Shown here piece by piece: positions 37,636-44,936 of a stretch of 64,000 bases of DNA (position 1 is the stretch's first letter; the number at the start of each line of letters is the position of its first letter). The translations under genes and the position numbers were made by a program. The DNA lies in IMG/VR virus record IMGVR_UViG_3300042564_002819, positions 248,001-312,000 of that record. The stretch is one strand, 5' to 3'. Under the pieces are notes generated by a model. It was not told the DNA's origin. It saw only the letters and a list, made by a program, of their open reading frames with translations, and did not search any database.

Positions 37636-37981
37636 AACACCAGCAGAAGGCATTCTAAAAACTACCGAATGGGGAGACAGCAAGTGGTATCACATTCGTT
37701 GTGAATGTGGCAGTGACGATTGCAGCCACGAACTAAATGTGGAAGCAGACGATGTTGAAGTTCAAGTTCACATCTATGTAAAGAATCGTACCAAGTGGTG
37801 GGAGCGGAATCGTTGGAAGCAAATTTGGCAAATCCTTACTCGAGGATATGCAGAAATGCAAACAACAATTGTTTTGAAAGAACAAGTTGCCATCAATTAT
37901 GCCGAGACTCTTAAGAGTGCAGTTGCAGATGTAAAACAATTCAAAGCCGATTACTGGGCAAAAAAGGAAGCGACAAAATGA
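37625..37981 (+). CDS. Hypothetical protein
   Basis: GGAG SD; CECG...H. Confidence 0.7.
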   Translation: MKAETPAEGILKTTEWGDSKWYHIRCECGSDDCSHELNVEADDVEVQVHIYVKNRTKWWERNRWKQIWQILTRGYAEMQTTIVLKEQVAINYAETLKSAVADVKQFKADYWAKKEATK

Positions 37982-38187
37982 CCGAAGACGAAATACTTAA
38001 AAAAGCTGAAGAAATTAAAGCAGCTAGAGAAAAAGATAATAGAACTAAAAGTTTTAAAAATGGAACAAAGTTTTATGTTAGATGGGAGTGCAGATTTCAA
38101 GAATACGGTTGCTCTTCTGATCAAGTTGTAGTAAATTATAGTGATATTGAAGAACTTGTTCTTAGAAAATTAAAAGAACAAAATTAA
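37978..38187 (+). CDS. Hypothetical protein
   Basis: ATGA overlap. Confidence 0.65.
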   Translation: MTEDEILKKAEEIKAAREKDNRTKSFKNGTKFYVRWECRFQEYGCSSDQVVVNYSDIEELVLRKLKEQN

Positions 38188-38207
38188 ATTTCACATAGAG
38201 AAGAAAA

Positions 38208-38942
38208 ATGAAAATCAAGATCGGCCCGTATAAGAATTGGTTTGGCCCTTATCAGTTGGCTAAAATGATCATGTTTTGGGTTCCTGACGAAAAAGACGAG
38301 TACGGGTTTTCCCATACCGCTGATCGTGTTCATAAGTTTGGTGAATGGCTTGCTCATGGTAGTATCCGCCCTGAGCCTGCTGTAGACGAAGTATATGACT
38401 TTGGCGACGAACGTCCTGACACTTGGATCTACCGACTGCTACTGTGGATTGATCGTAAGAAAAAGCGTAAGATCAAAGTTCATATCGATCGCTGGGATAC
38501 CTGGGGCATGAGTGAGACTTTAGGCTACATTGTTCGTCCTATGCTTAAACAACTGAATGAAAATAAGCACGGTGCACCTTATGTTGACGACGAAGACGTT
38601 CCTGAGCATCTGCGTAGTACTGCGGCCCCTGAACTTTCGCAAGATAAAAAAGATACTGGTCACACCGATGACAATCATTTCAAGCGGTGGGATTGGGTCA
38701 TGGACGAAATGATCTTTGCGTTTGAAAGTCTTGATGGCGGTGCTAATGCGGATTGGGAAGATCAGTTTACCACTGGAAAATATGATTATCGTCTTAAAAA
38801 ACAAGACAACGGTACTAGTCTAATGGTCCACGGTCCTAATCACACTGCTGAAACAGATTGGGAAGGTCGCAAAGCATATGCAGAACGTGTAGCAAATGGT
38901 TTCCGGCTGTTTGGTAAGTATTACCAATCGCTTTGGGACTAA
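38208..38942 (+). CDS. Conserved-looking phage hypothetical protein
   Basis: DTW.M..TL, HGAP.VD..DVP..LR, RWDWVMDEMIFAF, GFRLFGKYYQSLWD. Confidence 0.8.
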   Translation: MKIKIGPYKNWFGPYQLAKMIMFWVPDEKDEYGFSHTADRVHKFGEWLAHGSIRPEPAVDEVYDFGDERPDTWIYRLLLWIDRKKKRKIKVHIDRWDTWGMSETLGYIVRPMLKQLNENKHGAPYVDDEDVPEHLRSTAAPELSQDKKDTGHTDDNHFKRWDWVMDEMIFAFESLDGGANADWEDQFTTGKYDYRLKKQDNGTSLMVHGPNHTAETDWEGRKAYAERVANGFRLFGKYYQSLWD

Positions 38943-38974
38943 AATACACATATAAAAACTTATAGGATTAAAAG

Positions 38975-39676
38975 ATGCAAAACATCGCAGTTAGCTGGGA
39001 TATAATGTTTAATGAAGATACATCGAAAAATAAGAAAGAAGAAACAAAACTTATTACGTTTCATCACGATCCGTTAGCCTTTACTATAAAAATGGACAGT
39101 GACGGGATGAGTTTAGGAGAGATTCACACTGCACTTTTGCTTGCTAATACCACCGAAGTTGAACAGTGTTTTATCGATGAAGCAAGTAAAATACGTAGCT
39201 TTTTCAACCACTCGATCCTTCTAAGACGTCTTAAAAATGAATTTATTAGTTCATTTATGGAAATTGTTGAAGCACTTAACAACAATGTATACGTTGTAGA
39301 TGAATCACACCTAAAAGCATTGGTAAAATTACCCGACTTTTTTAAAGAGTCAACCGAAACTAACATGCTGTTTGCAGAACACGTATCTTTAAGTATTAAC
39401 CAACCATCTGGCGATTTGTCTGATACATGGAATTTTGTTAAGAAAATAAAAAGATCAAGCAAACACGAAAATCAATATCGTTATTATTTTACCAATGACA
39501 AAAAGCAGTTGCTTAGTTTTTTTGTAAATGTTTCGGACAGATCTTTTCCTGTATGGAATTATATTGCAAGCAGCGGGCCTGTTGGTATAAAAGGATATGC
39601 CTATCCTAATAAACAACCAGGGCACGACTTTATTTTTTACAAGATGAGTAACTATGAATTTTATCCCGTCCGTTGA
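38975..39676 (+). CDS. Hypothetical protein
   Basis: AGGA SD; 233 aa. Confidence 0.7.
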   Translation: MQNIAVSWDIMFNEDTSKNKKEETKLITFHHDPLAFTIKMDSDGMSLGEIHTALLLANTTEVEQCFIDEASKIRSFFNHSILLRRLKNEFISSFMEIVEALNNNVYVVDESHLKALVKLPDFFKESTETNMLFAEHVSLSINQPSGDLSDTWNFVKKIKRSSKHENQYRYYFTNDKKQLLSFFVNVSDRSFPVWNYIASSGPVGIKGYAYPNKQPGHDFIFYKMSNYEFYPVR

Positions 39677-39896
39677 ACAACTTATAAGTTTAGCAAAAGA
39701 AGCAGAAATAACAGATCCGTTGAACTGGGACTTGATCAAGGTTGACAAAGAAACAGTTTATAGTATTATGGCTTCAAATGTGCTAGAACAGTTTGCATCT
39801 TTAAAAGATGAAGAAAAATTAGTTATAGCAATGGGAACTGTAACCAAGCTTTTGGTTGAAAATTTTTACTTACATATGAAAGAAAAACTAAAATGA
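39654..39896 (+). CDS. Hypothetical protein
   Basis: Operon packing. Confidence 0.65.
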   Translation: MNFIPSVEQLISLAKEAEITDPLNWDLIKVDKETVYSIMASNVLEQFASLKDEEKLVIAMGTVTKLLVENFYLHMKEKLK

Positions 39897-40300
39897 AAGT
39901 AGGATCTAGCCTTAGCCGGTGTGTGCGAGACATTTATGAAGGCACAGTTGACATTTATGATGTGCTAGTGATTGTTGCCCGTACAGATTTCGATCCCGAA
40001 GATGATCGTCATTGGAAATCGATCTGGAAAGGTTACGCTGGAGGCAACAGCACGGGCAGTCTGTATAGCCAGCCAGAATGGAGTGTTATTCCTGCAGAAG
40101 ACGAATCTAAGGTTAGAGACATCTGTGTTCAACTTAAGAAGCTAGGCAAGTTGCATCAGCCTCGACAGTACGGTGCTCATCCTACAAGATTGAATCACTA
40201 TTGGTATGATGTTATACTTACAGATGACGTTGTAAATACAAATCCCGCAGCTAAGAAAGCATGGGATAATTATAAGACGATTGCTGGCCTTTCTAAATAA
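39893..40300 (+). CDS. Hypothetical protein
   Basis: SLSRCVRDI...GKLHQPR motif. Confidence 0.75.
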   Translation: MKVGSSLSRCVRDIYEGTVDIYDVLVIVARTDFDPEDDRHWKSIWKGYAGGNSTGSLYSQPEWSVIPAEDESKVRDICVQLKKLGKLHQPRQYGAHPTRLNHYWYDVILTDDVVNTNPAAKKAWDNYKTIAGLSK

Positions 40301-40328
40301 TTTTTTCAAAAAAGATAAATAAAACTAG

Positions 40329-40357
40329 TTGACAGATAAATAAAGTTGTAGTAAGTT
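40329..40357 (+). promoter_or_regulatory. Sigma70-type promoter of the tRNA operon leader
   Basis: TTGACA-N17-TAAGTT. Confidence 0.65.
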
Positions 40358-40398
40358 ACTACTATAAGTTTAAAACAACATAAGAAAGACACATTGTA

Positions 40399-40491
40399 AT
40401 GAAACTCGCATATGAACATAAGTTTATGATTAGAAGCATTGAAAAATGCCGCGAGTATCGCTATGGCGTCTCGGAGGGTTCAGCTGTATGA
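40399..40491 (+). CDS. Putative attenuator leader peptide MKLAYEHKFMIRSIEKCREYRYGVSEGSAV
   Basis: 30-codon ORF between promoter and terminator; contains antiterminator strand GGAGGGTT 40473-40480; codons match downstream tRNAs. Confidence 0.7.
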   Translation: MKLAYEHKFMIRSIEKCREYRYGVSEGSAV

Positions 40492-40517
40492 TGTGATTAA
40501 CACACATATAGATTTAC

Positions 40518-40550
40518 AAACCCTCCAGTAGCAATACTAGGAGGGTTTTT
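40518..40550 (+). terminator. Attenuator terminator upstream of the tRNA array
   Basis: AAACCCTCC-AGTA-GCAA-TACT-A-GGAGGGTTTTT. Confidence 0.85.
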
Positions 40551-40562
40551 CATTATGTGCAT

Positions 40563-40660
40563 ATAGGAAACGAGGTCCTACTCAAAGCACTTTAAAAAAC
40601 AGAGAAACGGGCGGGCTAGTGGATGAAATGACCGGAGATAACGGCAGAGTAAAATACTAG
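40563..40660 (+). ncRNA. Candidate structured RNA at the start of the tRNA operon
   Basis: TAGGA/TCCTA, CTAGT/ACTAG and CCG/CGG helices; no credible ORF. Confidence 0.35.
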
Positions 40661-40663
40661 CAG

Positions 40664-40743
40664 GTAATAGTAAAGCACACTCGTTCTGCCGGGCTGCGAA
40701 CCCGGAATTGGACTGCATAGCGGAGAGTGTGTTTCACTATTAC
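40664..40743 (+). ncRNA. Long hairpin element with ACACT/AGTGT basal stem
   Basis: GTAATAGT-AAAGCACACTC / GAGTGTGTTT-C-ACTATTAC enclosing CCGGG-CTGCGAA-CCCGG. Confidence 0.45.
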
Positions 40744-40751
40744 AAATAATT

Positions 40752-40838
40752 GGTCGGTGGCCCGGATGGTAAGGGGATGGACTGCAACTCCATAGCACTG
40801 CACGACAGTAATCAGTTCGATTCTGATACCGACCTCCA
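40752..40838 (+). tRNA. tRNA-Cys(GCA) with long variable arm
   Basis: GGTCGGT/ACCGACC, U73, encoded CCA; ATGGA-CTGCAAC-TCCAT. Confidence 0.88.
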
Positions 40839-40843
40839 CAATT

Positions 40844-40920
40844 GGTGCCGTAACTCAGTTGGTCAGAGTGCATCGCTCATAACGATGAAGTCGGTGGTTC
40901 AAATCCACCCGGCACCACCA
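40844..40920 (+). tRNA. tRNA(CAT), elongator Met (Ile2 not excluded)
   Basis: GGTGCCG/CGGCACC; CATCG-CTCATAA-CGATG; CCA. Confidence 0.9.
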
Positions 40921-40925
40921 AAATT

Positions 40926-41002
40926 GGGACATTGGACTTCTTGGCGAAGGTCGCCGCCCTTTCAAGGCGGAGAAACGGGTTCGAAACCCGTATGTCCTAC
41001 CA
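40926..41002 (+). tRNA. tRNA-Glu(TTC)
   Basis: CCGCC-CTTTCAA-GGCGG; TTCGAAA T-loop; CCA. Confidence 0.9.
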
Positions 41003-41043
41003 AAATAGATCAAGCCTAGTCGATCTCGAAAATCACTAGGCCC

Positions 41044-41109
41044 GCTCCTGAGGATCAAGCCATCGGAAGGTTCGAGACTTCCTTTGCAGGGTCGTCACCT
41101 GCCAGGAGT
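41044..41109 (+). ncRNA. Candidate T-loop-containing junction RNA
   Basis: GCTCCTG/CAGGAGT closing GGAAG-GTTCGAGA-CTTCC and GCAGG-GTCGTCA-CCTGC. Confidence 0.4.
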
Positions 41110-41118
41110 AACATACAT

Positions 41119-41203
41119 GGGAGAGACGCCTCAAGGTGAGGCAGTGGATTGTAAATCCATCGCGGCAACGCACGGACGGGTTCGATTCCCTCCTCTCCCA
41201 CCA
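41119..41203 (+). tRNA. tRNA-Tyr(GTA)
   Basis: GGGAGAG/CTCTCCC; GTGGA-TTGTAAA-TCCAT; long variable arm; CCA. Confidence 0.9.
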
Positions 41204-41209
41204 AAATTA

Positions 41210-41285
41210 GGGTCTCTGGTATAGCTGGTGCGTACGGCTGCCTGAAGAGCAGTAGGACACGGTTCGATTCCGTGGGGACCCGCCA
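41210..41285 (+). tRNA. tRNA-Phe(GAA)
   Basis: GGGTCTC/GGGACCC; GCTGC-CTGAAGA-GCAGT; CCA. Confidence 0.88.
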
Positions 41286-41320
41286 AGAATTATACTACCA
41301 TAAACACGAAAGAAAATAAA

Positions 41321-41467
41321 ATGAAACTTGATCCGGAAGAAAGAATCTTCTTGACTGAAGAAGAATTGAAGCGTATACATGATGCTTGTGCTAATCCACC
41401 GGAACCAACAGACTATGTAAGACGCTATATTAACGCATATAGGAGAAAAAATGAAACGAAAACGTAA
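41321..41467 (+). CDS. 48-aa protein resembling the C-terminal part of DUF1778/TacA antitoxins
   Basis: Not in the ORF track; ERIFLTEEELKRIHDACANPPEPTDYVRR. Confidence 0.55.
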   Translation: MKLDPEERIFLTEEELKRIHDACANPPEPTDYVRRYINAYRRKNETKT

Positions 41468-41494
41468 CGCAGAAGATTATGACAAACGCAACAT

Positions 41495-41570
41495 GGACCG
41501 GTAGCTGAGGTGGTTTTAGCACCCGACTTTTAATCGGAGTACGTGGGTTCGAGTCCCACCCGGTCCACCA
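41495..41570 (+). tRNA. tRNA-Lys(TTT)
   Basis: GGACCGG/CCGGTCC; CCGA-CTTTTAA-TCGG; CCA. Confidence 0.9.
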
Positions 41571-41684
41571 TAGTTTTGATGATACACTGACGCCGCGTGG
41601 TTACGGCTATACAACTAGGCTTATCGCAACCTAATAACCATAGAGGGTTGAGTCGAGGTTGAGCAGTGTATCTTTTAAACTATG
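41569..41684 (+). ncRNA. Long hairpin element with ACACT/AGTGT basal stem
   Basis: CATAGTTT...GATACACTG / CAGTGTATC...AAACTATG between tRNA-Lys and tRNA-Ile. Confidence 0.45.
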
Positions 41685-41689
41685 AATAT

Positions 41690-41765
41690 TGTTCCATAGC
41701 ACAACTGGTTAGTGCAGGCGACTGATAATCGTCAGATCTGAGTTCGAGTCTCGGTGGAACAACCA
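41690..41765 (+). tRNA. tRNA-Ile(GAT)
   Basis: TGTTCCA/TGGAACA; GGCGA-CTGATAA-TCGTC; CCA. Confidence 0.9.
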
Positions 41766-41786
41766 AAATTAGTAGGAAGACAGCCA

Positions 41787-41966
41787 GTGGAAGAACAGGA
41801 ATATTACGCACCGTGGGAATGGCAGCCGATCGAATTCATGCCTAACGGATGTAATGATGTTGTTGTAAGAGACCGTGAAGGCAACACTCGAGAATTGTGT
41901 TCATGCGATTACTGGTGGTTGTCAGCAGAAGATAAAAAGATTTACACATCTTTTAGATTTGTGTAA
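41787..41966 (+). CDS. Hypothetical protein
   Basis: AGGA SD then GTG; WQPIE motif; the track start lies inside tRNA-Ile. Confidence 0.55.
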   Translation: MEEQEYYAPWEWQPIEFMPNGCNDVVVRDREGNTRELCSCDYWWLSAEDKKIYTSFRFV

Positions 41967-41978
41967 TTTTAACATAAT

Positions 41979-42053
41979 GCCGTGCTTGGTGTAAGGGTAG
42001 CATACCGCACTGTGACTGCGTTGGAATAGGTTCAAATCCTATACACGGTACCA
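41979..42053 (+). tRNA. tRNA-His(GTG), alphaproteobacterial type
   Basis: CGCA-CTGTGAC-TGCG; G1-U72, A73, T rather than G at -1. Confidence 0.85.
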
Positions 42054-42065
42054 ATACAAATTTAA

Positions 42066-42659
42066 TTATTGTACTTTTTTACTTAATACTCTGTATATGT
42101 CGTTATAGTTATTTTTATATTTCGACTCATTGACAATTTCGTAGTTATATAATTGGTTTAATACCTTTAAACCATGTATTCCATCTTTAGTATCTAATTG
42201 ATTGCATGTACCTATTACATGATCTGACAATGACAAACTATAATCAAATAGTTCTTCCCAAGTATTATTATATGGATACAGTTCTATAATTACCATTTGA
42301 TGTTTTTTAGTGTAATTAAAAAAATCACATTTCATAGCTGTGATGTTTGGGTAGTTGTGCATTGTGTTAAACAGTGCTAGGGTGTTTTGTTTTTTTAAAA
42401 ACTTATCCGCACAAGTCATCTTATGAAGATCACGCAACTCTTCGTATGTTTCAATATAGTGAAACGTATCTATTGCAGTAACATGTGTCTTTGGAAATGA
42501 ACGACAAATTGCCGCAGCAACTCTGCCGCCAAATGTGCCAGCACACAAAACGTCACGTATATCATTGTTTGATATATGATCGCAAATATTAACTATTTCC
42601 TCGTATCCAGTCCAATTTGGAAAGTCCATTAGTATATTATATTTGCTTTTATATGACAT
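42066..42659 (-). CDS. SAM-dependent methyltransferase-like protein
   Basis: DVLCAGTFGGR...VTAIDTF Rossmann-like motifs; TATAAATA and AGGA upstream on the minus strand. Confidence 0.55.
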   Translation of the reverse strand: MSYKSKYNILMDFPNWTGYEEIVNICDHISNNDIRDVLCAGTFGGRVAAAICRSFPKTHVTAIDTFHYIETYEELRDLHKMTCADKFLKKQNTLALFNTMHNYPNITAMKCDFFNYTKKHQMVIIELYPYNNTWEELFDYSLSLSDHVIGTCNQLDTKDGIHGLKVLNQLYNYEIVNESKYKNNYNDIYRVLSKKVQ

Positions 42660-42715
42660 GTGATATTCCTTGTATAACTAAAACGTATTTATAAAACTTA
42701 AAATAAGAGAGATAA

Positions 42716-43147
42716 ATGATGAGCAAATATGACACATATAACAGATTAACCGAACCTGTAAAATCATTTGATGAACTACGCGGCCGTGCGTTAACTCGTG
42801 TTGAAAAAATCGGAAACGACGAATTGCGTTTCTACTTAACAGATGAACATTATGTTCGTATGCATCACAATCAAGATTGTTGCGAATCAGTAACAATCGA
42901 GGATATTGTTGGTGATTTAGACGATTTAGTCGGAACTCCGTTGCTGGTTGTCGAAGAACGTGTTTCTCGTAACGATGGCGGTACAGATGAACTGTATTGT
43001 GATTCATACACTTGGACATACTACAGTTTTCGCACTATCAAAGGTAGTGTAGATATTCGTTGGTATGGAAGTAGCAATGGATACTATTCAGAAGGTGTTG
43101 ACATTGACATTGTAACACCCGATGCAGAAAATCAAGTAGAAATCTAA
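42716..43147 (+). CDS. Conserved-looking phage hypothetical protein
   Basis: HNQDCCESV, WTYY, WYGSSNGYYSE. Confidence 0.75.
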   Translation: MMSKYDTYNRLTEPVKSFDELRGRALTRVEKIGNDELRFYLTDEHYVRMHHNQDCCESVTIEDIVGDLDDLVGTPLLVVEERVSRNDGGTDELYCDSYTWTYYSFRTIKGSVDIRWYGSSNGYYSEGVDIDIVTPDAENQVEI

Positions 43148-43216
43148 GGCCAAAGGCTTAGATCACATCAAGTTAAACTGTATTATTTCTATATACTGTC
43201 ATTTTATAAATATTTT

Positions 43217-43729
43217 ATGAGGGTATTACTAATAATAACGCTATTATTATCTCTTTCTGCTTGTGCTGATTTTAAGAAAATTCTTCGACCCGAACCTACA
43301 CCAGAACCGATAAAAACAGCAATAGAAAAAGTAGGTTGGAACGAGCATCAAGACCGCAGAGAAATAAGAGAATTTACTGGTGTAGATCCAGTAAGTACAC
43401 AATGGTGTGCTGCGTTTGTAAACGCAGTTCTTGAAGAAAATGGGTTACCTGGATCGGAGTTCTATAACGAAAATCCACTGTTAGCAAGAAGTTTTCTGTC
43501 CTGGGGTGTAGAGGTAGAAGAGCCCGAATACGGCGATATTGTAGTATTTGCTCGAGGCAATGAAGCTTGGAAGGGTCATGTTGGGTTTTATGTAACTTCG
43601 ACATATTTAGAAGGTCAAAAACACTACTTAGTTCTTGGCGGAAATCAAAACAACAGTGTCACATACAAAGCATATCCTACTCGTAGACTGCTTTCTGTAA
43701 GACGACTTACAACAGAAGATACTGAATAA
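43217..43729 (+). CDS. CHAP/NlpC-like cell-wall peptidase lipoprotein (TIGR02594-like)
   Basis: Lipobox LSAC; WCAAFVN, ARSFLSWG, GDIVVF, GHVGFY, LGGNQ. Confidence 0.85.
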   Translation: MRVLLIITLLLSLSACADFKKILRPEPTPEPIKTAIEKVGWNEHQDRREIREFTGVDPVSTQWCAAFVNAVLEENGLPGSEFYNENPLLARSFLSWGVEVEEPEYGDIVVFARGNEAWKGHVGFYVTSTYLEGQKHYLVLGGNQNNSVTYKAYPTRRLLSVRRLTTEDTE

Positions 43730-43742
43730 AATTTAGTTTAAT

Positions 43743-43819
43743 GCTCTCGTAGCTCAATGGATTAGAGCGTCGGTCTACGAAACCGAAGGTTAGAGGTTCG
43801 AGTCCTCTCGAGAGTGCCA
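43743..43819 (+). tRNA. tRNA-Arg(ACG)
   Basis: GCTCTCG/CGAGAGT; TCGGT-CTACGAA-ACCGA; CCA. Confidence 0.93.
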
Positions 43820-43828
43820 AAATACTAG

Positions 43829-43857
43829 TTGACACTGGCATAGACAAGTGTTATTGT
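43829..43857 (+). promoter_or_regulatory. Sigma70-type promoter
   Basis: TTGACA-N17-TATTGT with extended -10. Confidence 0.7.
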
Positions 43858-43882
43858 GAGTGCAACAAGAAAGGAAATACAC

Positions 43883-44179
43883 ATGAATAAAATTCTAATT
43901 TCTGCACTTTTTGCCTTTGTTTCTACTGCTGCTACTGCAAAAACAGTTTATTACCCCGAAGCTGCATGTAACGAAATTCTCAGCAGCGAATACAGCACTG
44001 GTGGGGGTGATTCCAGCTGGGAGATGTACGAAATTCTTTGCCGTGACGCTAATGGAAAATACACTACCTTTGTTACCAGCTGGATGAGTGTTGCAGGGTT
44101 CTTTGGTATGGGTCGAGTTGCATACGAAGAAACGATTGACCTTGTACCCTACAACGGTACTACATTGAAGGCTGAATAA
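43883..44179 (+). CDS. Secreted hypothetical protein
   Basis: AAGGA SD; signal peptide. Confidence 0.7.
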   Translation: MNKILISALFAFVSTAATAKTVYYPEAACNEILSSEYSTGGGDSSWEMYEILCRDANGKYTTFVTSWMSVAGFFGMGRVAYEETIDLVPYNGTTLKAE

Positions 44180-44180
44180 A

Positions 44181-44624
44181 ATGAAAATCGAATATCGTAA
44201 AGGCAACATGTTTGAAACTGACATCCTGCATATTGCACATGGCTGCAATGCACAAGGTGTTATGGGATCTGGCGTTGCTAAGATTGTAAAAGAAGATTAC
44301 TTTGATGCATATCGTTTCTACGCAGAACAGTACGACGAGCATGGACTTAAATTAGGAGATGTGCAGTTTGTTCCTGCAAACGGCAAAGTAATCATCAATG
44401 CTGTTACGCAGAATCTGTACGGCAAAGACGGTCGTCGTTTTGTTAATTACGAAGCAGTTGCAGAGTGCATGAGAACTATTAATAGTGTACTTAAGCAAAG
44501 TGGCGAAACTCATGTTGCTATGCCGCAAATTGGTGCCGGCCTTGGTGGCGGCGATTGGCGTGTGATTGAAGCAATCATTGAAAGCGAAATGACAGACATT
44601 CAACCTGTGGTGTATGTACTGTGA
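44181..44624 (+). CDS. Macro domain protein (ADP-ribose processing)
   Basis: KGNMF, HGCNAQGVMGSGVA, MPQIGAGLGGGDW. Confidence 0.9.
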   Translation: MKIEYRKGNMFETDILHIAHGCNAQGVMGSGVAKIVKEDYFDAYRFYAEQYDEHGLKLGDVQFVPANGKVIINAVTQNLYGKDGRRFVNYEAVAECMRTINSVLKQSGETHVAMPQIGAGLGGGDWRVIEAIIESEMTDIQPVVYVL

Positions 44625-44767
44625 CAACACCCTTAGCAGATCAGAAGATATTCTCACTCAATGATCTCATTGAAATGGGTCTTATTACACGTAAACAGTT
44701 AGAAGATCACATCCGATACATGGAAGCAAAACAGTTAGTAAAAGAACTGTTTCCAGGAATGTTTTAA
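44621..44767 (+). CDS. Small hypothetical protein (48 aa)
   Basis: GTGA overlap with the macro gene; not in track. Confidence 0.5.
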   Translation: MTTPLADQKIFSLNDLIEMGLITRKQLEDHIRYMEAKQLVKELFPGMF

Positions 44768-44795
44768 AAATAAAGAATAGGTAGCCGCGACTACC

Positions 44796-44927
44796 TTGGC
44801 TAGGAGACTATTTGCATTGTGCATCGTGGGGCCTTTGTGTAGTAGACTGTTTCGTCTAACGGAGAGGACGCCGGTGGAGATCCGGAGATACAGGTTCGAG
44901 TCCTGTAGCAGTTTTGCTCCTAGCCAA
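44796..44927 (+). ncRNA. tRNA-like RNA embedded in an 11-bp outer stem
   Basis: TTGGCTAGGAG/CTCCTAGCCAA encloses a cloverleaf at 44845-44913 with a non-canonical anticodon loop and no CCA. Confidence 0.55.
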
Positions 44928-44936
44928 AATAATTTA

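Noticed and set aside
40565-40640. Hammerhead ribozyme suggested by GAAAC...GTC
   Set aside because: The required CTGATGA core is absent
40616-41058. Track ORFs on both strands over the tRNA array
   Set aside because: They overlap clear tRNA genes and lack SDs
41451-41504. Tiny SD-led ORF MKRKRNAEDYDKRNMDR
   Set aside because: 17 codons, overlapping both the upstream gene and tRNA-Lys; cannot be supported from sequence alone
44845-44913. Functional tRNA-Leu(GAG)
   Set aside because: No U33, no CCA, short variable loop, and a normal Leu(GAG) exists at 48815; kept only as a tRNA-like RNA
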